Below, in pieces: positions 33,801 to 39,928 of a stretch of 39,928 nucleotides of DNA. The translations under genes were made by a program, and so were the position numbers. The notes under the pieces are model-generated. The model was not told the origin of the DNA. It did no database searches and worked only from the letters and a program-made list of their open reading frames with translations. Origin of the DNA: Cyanophora paradoxa CCMP329 (taxonomy: Eukaryota > Plantae > Glaucophyta); NCBI GenBank assembly GCA_004431415.1, contig QPMI01000369.1, positions 1 through 39,928 on the forward strand, read 5' to 3'. Position 1 is the stretch's first letter, and each line of letters begins with the position of its first letter.

Positions 33801-36800
33801 GCCCACGTCCGCCCCGCCCCGCCCCCGCCGCCCCCCGCGCCCCCCACGCCCCTAACCCCGGCGCCCCCGCAGGGCCGCCCCATCGGCGGCCGCCGCCTGC
33901 CGCAGGGCGCCCTCATGCGCCTCTTCATCAGCCGCCGCAAGGCGGGGCCCAGCCGCGGGCCAGGCACCCCGGGCACTGTCGACCCCGGCGTGCGCCCTGC
34001 CCCCGCGCCCCCTCGACCCCGCGCGCCCGGATCGCCGACGGCTGCCTGGCAGCTCTTCGCGTCGAATGCCGCGATGCCGGTCGTCCAGGCCTCGTCCGCC
34101 CCGCCCCGCCCCGCCCCGCCCCGCCCCGCCCCGCCCCGCCCAGCGCGGCCTCACGGGGCGGGGGGCGGGGGCAGGGCGGCGGGGCACCCGATGCACGTGC
34201 GGTTCCTGCCGGAGGTGCTGGGGATTGGGGACGAGTGCGAGCTGGCGGGGGAGGGCGGCGGGGCGGCCGAGGCGCGCCTCCGGGTGGAGCGGGTGAGCGC
34301 GGGGACGGACGGGAGCTGGTACGTGGACCTCTCGGCGGTGCGGGAGTCGGTGGTCTCGCAGGGGGCCCACGTGCGCATCCCCTGGGGCGCCACCCTCCGC
34401 GCCCTCGCCTCCTTCTACATCCAGGACCCCGAGCTCGTCATGAGGCCCGCCCCGCCCGCCCCGCCCACGCCGCCCACGCCCCCTGCCCCGCTGAGCGGTC
34501 TGCGCGCAGCCGGCGGACGAAGAAGCTCTTCGAGGAGTTCGGGGTGGAAGCGGTGGCGCCGCTGGTGCCCGACGAGGCGCTCGAGGCGCAGATCGTGGAG
34601 CTGGCGGCGCGCAACGCGCACCTCGCGCGGCAGGCGGACGAGACGCTGAAGCGCAAGTCGTTCCGCCTCGACGAGCTGCTGCGCGTCATCCGCGACCTCG
34701 ACACCCTCGCCTCCCGCCACGAGAACCGCGCCTTCGCCGAGGGCACCACCGCCCAGGCACCCGCCCCCCGCCCCCCGCCCCGCGCGGGGCGCTGAGGCGG
34801 GGGCGGGGCAGCTGGTGCGGGAGGCGGTGGAGATCGACGCGCTGTACCGGCAGGCGATGGCGCTGGGGACGGGCCAGGCCGAGCGCCTCCTCGACGACCT
34901 CCGCCGCGACGCCGAGGCCGCCGCCGCCGCCCGCCGCCCCGCCGCCCCCGGCGCCCTACTCCCCGCCGCCATCCGTCCCGCCCCGTCGGGCGCCAAGGCC
35001 CGCTCCCCCCTCCCCCTCCCCGCGGGGGCGGGGCGGGAGGCCGAGGCGGGGCGGGCGGGGCGCAGGGGGCGGAGGAGAAGCGGGAGCGGGAGGTGCAGCT
35101 GGACGTCTACCGCGCCCTCTACGCCCGCCTCGTCGCCGCCGCCTCCCAGGCCCGCCCCGCCCCGCCCCGCCCCGCCCCGGCGCGGCACGGCACGGCGCGA
35201 GAGCCGCGCGCGCAGTTCGACCGGCGGGTGCACGAGCTGTGGCTGGGGGTGAAGCACGGGTCGGGGAAGGGGGACGGGTCGGTGCTGCCGGAGACGGTGC
35301 TCGACTCGCTGCGCTTCGATGAGGTCGTCGACATCGTCCGCGCCCAGGCCCTCGTCTACGCCCCCGCCGACGACGCGCGCCCGCCCCCCGCCCCCCGCGC
35401 CTTGCGCCCCGGCCCGCCGTCGCGGGGTCTGACGCGGGGCGGGCAGTGCACGGAGGTCGACTTCAAGCGCGAGGCCGTCCGCTTCCTCGCCGGCTTCCCC
35501 CTCGCCTGCTTCGAGCCCCTCGTCCAGGCCCGCCCCCGCCCGCCTCGCCCAGCCGCTCCCCGCCCGAGGCCCCCGCAGGAGCAGGAGCGCGTGCGCCCGT
35601 ACCTGCCGCGGCCCTTCGACGTCGATCGCATCGCCGACTCCGCCAAGGACCCCGCCCGCGTCCTCGGTCCGCCCCCGGCCCCCGTCCCGCCCCGCCCCTC
35701 GGCCGGCGCTGACGGGACCTTGGTGGCGGCAGGGGGGGTGCGGCTGAGCAAGGGGGCCCCCGCGGCGAGCAGCCTCTTCCAGTCGATGCGCAGCAGCTCC
35801 GCCGCCGTCCACGCCCGCTTCTCCTCCCCGCGTCCGCCCGCCCCACCCGCCTCCCGCCGCCCCGAGCGGCGCCTCACGGGGCGGCAGAGGGCGACGTGGC
35901 GTCGCAGGCGCTGCAGAAGCTCCCCGACACGATCACGGACGCGCGCCCCGCCGCCCGCCCGCCCGCCCCGCCGCCGCCGGCCGCTGACGCGGGGGCGCAG
36001 CTGATGGCGGTGGTGATCCACGACGGCTGGGCCTTCAACAAGATCAAGGACGGCTGGCGGTCCGCAAAGCCCCCCCGTCCTGCACCGGTGCGGGCGGCTG
36101 ACGCGTACGGGGCCCCGGGCGGCGCAGGCACGGCCCCGGGCGGACGAAGCCGCACCACGAGTGCCTTGTGCCGTGGCGGGACCTGGAGCACGTGGCCGGG
36201 GGCGGCATGGACGACGACCGCAACCAGGCGCTCAACGTGCTGCGCGCCGTCGTGTGCCTGGGGTACGACTTCGTGGAGCCGGAGGAGCAGGTCACCGTGG
36301 ACGAGGTGCTCGAGATCATCCCCGGCCAGGAGGAGTTCCACCGCGACGGCCGCATCCAGCCCGTCCGCCCCGCCCCCGCCCGCCTGCGCCCTGCGGGGTC
36401 CGACGGCTGATGGCTGACGGGCAGCACTACTGGCTGATGCGGGTGCGGGAGGGGGAGGAGCTGCCGCCCGCCATGCGCGAGCTCGTCGACCTCCTCGCCA
36501 AGGCACGCCTCCCCGGCCCCGCCCCGGCCCCGCCCCCGCCTGACCGCCCCGCAGAACGCCCACGACGTCCGCCCCCGCGCCCCGCGCCCCGCTCCCCTCC
36601 CGGGGAACCCACGCGCGGGGCCGCGGTAGGTGTGGGCGAAGAAGCGGAAGGACGAGGGGTACACGTACGGGGAGGTGACGGACGCGGACCGGAAGCAGCA
36701 CTCGCAGCTCATCCCCTACGAGTGCATGTCCGACGCCGAGCGCTCCTACGACAAGGGCACCGCCGAGGGCCCGCCCCCGCCCCCGCCCCCGCCCCGCGCT

Positions 36801-36950
36801 CCACGTGCCGCCCCCGCTGAGGCGGCCCCCGCAGTGACGATCCGGATGGTGATGGCGTGCAAGTGGCGCATCGTGCCGCAGCGGCGGCAGCGCTCGTGGG
36901 CGCAGCGCGCCACCATCGCCCTCGGCATCCCCGCCTCCTGGTCCCTATGA
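30892..36950 (+). CDS. PKD2/TRPP-like cation channel with two C-terminal ryanodine-receptor (RyR) repeat domains (PKDRR-like), ~30 exons; 5' exons uncertain
   Basis: TRPP features: RELVIYAAYITLFF, IGALRVRQVR..C, YGTGGYVVD, FIDEATRVLVVSVNLYNP, YLNDSWNFWDITNL, LSVLTNTVGRAVPDL, FRSF..SF..LF, LINIFIAIVGKYY. C-term: VIHDGWAFNKIKDGWRHG...HECLVPW and LLAKNAHDVWAKKRKDEGYTYGEVTD...HSQLIPYECMSDAERSYD. Stop TGA 36948-36950. Confidence 0.88.
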
Positions 36951-37161
36951 CCACCCCGCGCCCCGCCCCCTGTGCTGCGGTTGGCAGATTTAGCTTAGTA
37001 GATGCACTAGTACCGAGCATTTTGCGCGAGCGCGACATGTACGCTCGACTCATCGTCAGATGCGGGCATGCAGCTAGCGCTAGCGCTTAAGCTTGCTCGG
37101 GACGCCGTGACGGGGGGATAGAGCTGACGGGGGCTACGCGATTAAGAGATACGACAGCGAA

Positions 37162-37971
37162 ATGGCCGCCCTTCCCCTTGCGCCGGCGATCTCGGGCCTT
37201 GTTCCTGCTGGACCAAGCGGCATCCAGATCCCAGTTCGCACGCCGGCGTGGTTCAGCCCTGAGCGCGCGGTGCGTCAAGACCCATCGGCGCCCTCGCACA
37301 TGGTGCGATCGTCCTCACGCTTTCCCGCGAGCAGGAAGAGAGCGTTGCGGAGCCTAAGCGGCCGCAGCCTGCGACCCGGCCAGCGCGGAGCTTCGTTTGC
37401 TCGGCGTGCAACTGCACGGGCCACACGCAGCGGACGTTCGTAGGACGCGCGCAGGTCTACCACATCACAGGTGTGCTGGCCGCCACAGCAAGCTCTAAAT
37501 ATGTTTCCTCATGCGGCTGCAGATGTGATCGATGCACTTGCGCAAGCGAACGTCAATACGGAGGCGGTGGCCGCTGTGGCGGGCGGCTCGGTGGGCGTGA
37601 TGGGCACTCTGGTGGCCGTCGAGAACGCCAAGAAGCGATCATTCGAGGACTCACTCTGTGCGACGCCCGCCGCCGCCGCCGCCGTCTTCGTTCGCCTCTG
37701 ACCGCCTCCCGGGCGCCCAGGCCTCTACTGCGGCGGCTTTGGCGAGGCGCGTCCGATCCCTCGCGCGCCGGCGCCCCTCCATGTGCTCGCTGACGGCTGC
37801 GCGCAGCTCGCGTGCGGGATGTGCGTGGGGGCCGGCTGCGACTCGTGCCAGAGCAACGGGCGGGTGCCCTGCTTCAACTGCCAGGGCACGGGCCACGCGT
37901 TCCTCACCGACGGGCCCTCGCCCCGCGCCGGCGGCCTCCTCGGCTCCGAGCTCGACGCTCCCTACAGCTAG
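37162..37971 (+). CDS. ORANGE-like plastid DnaJ-type (CxxCxGxG) zinc-finger protein
   Basis: Spliced: TM AVAAVAGGSVGVMGTLVAVE, then CLYCGGFGELACGMCVGAGCDSCQSNGRVPCFNCQGTG. This resembles the OR motif GGAVGVISALMVVE..CxYCxGxGYLACxxC. Stop TAG 37969-37971. Confidence 0.72.
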
Positions 37972-38108
37972 CCCGCCCCCTCTTCCCATGTCGGATCGAA
38001 ACCCCCGCCTCCCTCCTCCCCGACGACCCTTAGCGGTAGTAGGTAGACGTTAATAGGTGCACAGACTGGGGGACGGCGGCTGGGGGTGGCGGGGTGGGCG
38101 GTGGCGGG

Positions 38109-39928
38109 TCAGGGGCGGGGCCGGCCGTCCATGCGGGCCATGCGGGCGAGGGCGGCGAGGCTCTCGTCCCCACCGAGGCCGTCCTCCTGCGCCCCGCTCG
38201 AGCCCGTTCGAGGCCGGCGGGGGCGGGGCGGGGCGCACGCGGGCGGCCTGGAGCTCCTCCTCGGCCTCGCCGGCGAGGCCGTCCCGCAGGAGCCAGCTCA
38301 CCAGCGTCCGCCGCAGCTTCGCCCCCGGCGGCGCCCCCCGCTCCGCCGCCCCCGCGCGGAGGCGGGCGGCGACGGCGCGCGCCTCGGCGTGGCGCCCGCA
38401 GCGGCAGAGCGCCTCCACCAGGCTCGTGTACGCGTTCTCCTGCACCCCGGCCGCCCCCCACTGCCCCCGACCCGCCCCACCCGCCCCTCAGCGCCGGGGC
38501 AACGCGCAAGGGGTGCGGGGAGGGGGCGGGCCTGCCGGGGCGGCGGGGTCGTCGCCGGTGAGCTCGGCGAAGAGGGCGAGGGCGGCCTCGGGGCGCCCTC
38601 CGTGCCCGCACGCGTCCACCACCACGCTCGCCGTCGCCCCGTCCGCCCGCACCCCTGCCCCGCCCGCCCCTCAGCGCCACAGCAGGGCGGGGGCGGGGCT
38701 GAGGCGGGGCGGGCCGCGGCGCTGGAGGCGGCGGAGGGCGGCGAGGGCGGCGTCGAGGTCGCCGGCGCGCGAGTGCGCCTCCACGAGCCCGTTCATCGTC
38801 GCCGCGTCCGGCCGCGCCCCCGCCCGCTCCAGCAGCCCCGCCGCCCGCTCCGCCCCCGCCGCGTCCCCCGCTTCGCGTACCTGCCGCCCCCGTCGCCGTC
38901 GCCGTCGCCGTCGCGCGGGCCGCGCGGCGGGCGGCGGGGCGCACGCGTCGAGGAGGGTGTTGAAGGGGAGGGCGGGGAGGCGGGCGCCCCGGGCGGCCGC
39001 CTGCGCCAGGGCCCGCTCCGCGGCCTCGGGGTCGCCCCGGCGCGCGAGGTCGCCGGCGCGGGCGGCGGCGGTGGCGGCCTCCGCGTCCCCGAAGCCTCGC
39101 GCCGCCGCCTCCTCCTCCAGCTCGGCCGCGAGGGCGCGGGAGCCGCGGGCGAGGGCGGCGCGCAGCAGGCGCCCGTAGAGGAAGCCGTCCACCGCCGCGT
39201 CGGGGGCGCCCCGCACGAGGTTCGCCGCGGGGGCGACGCGCCCCGCCGCGAGGAGCGCCTCCACGAGGGGCGTCAGGGTGCGCGTGCTCTCGGGGACGCC
39301 CAGCGCCGTCATCTCGGCCCGCAGCGCCAGCGCCTCCTCGACGTCCCCGGCCCGCGCCGCCCCGCCGATCAGCGCCGCGAACGCCGCCCCCTCCACCTCG
39401 TGCCCTGCACCCCGCATCTCCTCCCGCACCTGCCGCCCCGCCCCCGTTGGTCGCCGTCGCCCTTGCGGGAGGCTGCGGGGGCGGGCATGGGGCGGGGCGG
39501 GCCTGCAGAGCGCGGGGCAGGCCGCCGGGGCGCGCCGCGTGGCCGGCCATGATCGCCTGCGAGGAAAGATAGAGAGGTCAGCGGGCGCGGGCTGGAGGGC
39601 GGGGAGGGGGAGCACGTGGAAGGTCTCGGGGCCCTCGGGGAGCCCCGCGGCGGCCATCTCCGCCCGCGCCGCCGCCACCGCCGCCTCGTCCCCCGCCTCC
39701 GCGTGCTGTCCCCGCGCGTCGGGCGCAGCCGCACGGGAGGGAGCGGCGGGGCGGCGGGGCGCACGCCGGCGAGGAGGAGGCGGAAGAAGCGGGCGCCCGG
39801 GCGGGCGCAGCGCTCGCGCATGCGGGCGCGGAGGGCGGCGAGTTCGGGGGCCATGCCGCGCGCCGCATAGAGGCCGGCGAGGAGGCCCCACGCCTCCTCG
39901 TTCGGGCCCTGCATCGCCCCAGCGCCTC
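38109..39928 (-). CDS. P-type pentatricopeptide repeat (PPR) protein, 5'-partial
   Basis: ~35-aa repeats: AFAALIGGAARAGDVEEALALRAEM, PFNTLLDAYAKRGD, PDAATMNGLVEAHSRAGDLDAA, NAYTSLVEALCRCGRHAEA. Stop TGA 38109-38111. Confidence 0.88.

Noticed and set aside
34096-34140. (CCCCG)n arrays with spacers resembling a CRISPR or satellite array
   Set aside because: They are intron 5' arms. There is no constant 25-40 nt repeat with unique spacers and no cas genes.
3625-38870. Apparent frameshifts in RsmH (~3630), ABCA (~18400, ~18565, ~19150), ChlD (~29878) and PPR (~38866)
   Set aside because: Each appears fixable by adding one base to a G/C run in an otherwise intact gene. Long-read homopolymer errors are more likely than programmed frameshifting or pseudogenisation.
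378-39914. Dozens of long Arg/Gly/Pro/Ala-rich ORFs on both strands (e.g. 8539-11034, 27256-29565, 17995-20010)
   Set aside because: These are shadow or intron read-through frames caused by stop-codon scarcity at very high GC. The real proteins emerge only after splicing.

Overview
Eukaryotic, very GC-rich, gene-dense nuclear DNA packed with short (~50-65 nt) spliceosomal introns. The long six-frame ORFs are mostly shadow or intron read-through artefacts. Splicing by eye gives about 15 genes: the 3' end of an unknown gene, a CatSper1-like Ca2+ channel, plastid RsmH, two or three orphan/coiled-coil genes, a DUF1746/Dsc4-like membrane protein, uroporphyrinogen-III methyltransferase, mTERF, a half-size ABCA transporter, a CEP104-like protein, Mg-chelatase ChlD, a PKD2/TRPP-like channel with two C-terminal ryanodine-receptor (RyR) repeats, an ORANGE-like DnaJ Zn-finger, and a PPR protein. 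Plastid transit peptides with an early Phe, together with ciliary genes, point to a flagellated primary alga, most likely a glaucophyte such as Cyanophora (inference). Four signals stand out. (1) Synonymous codon choice oscillates between G-ending and C-ending blocks at roughly nucleosome scale, phase-locked to splice sites and continuing inside long exons. (2) Introns have a C-rich 5' arm and a complementary G-rich 3' arm instead of a polypyrimidine tract, and GC donors are unusually common. (3) The PKD2-RyR fusion channel. (4) One gene (CEP104-like) sits in a ~50% GC, CpG-depleted island that lacks this architecture. Gene coordinates span introns, were derived manually, and several need 1-nt homopolymer corrections.
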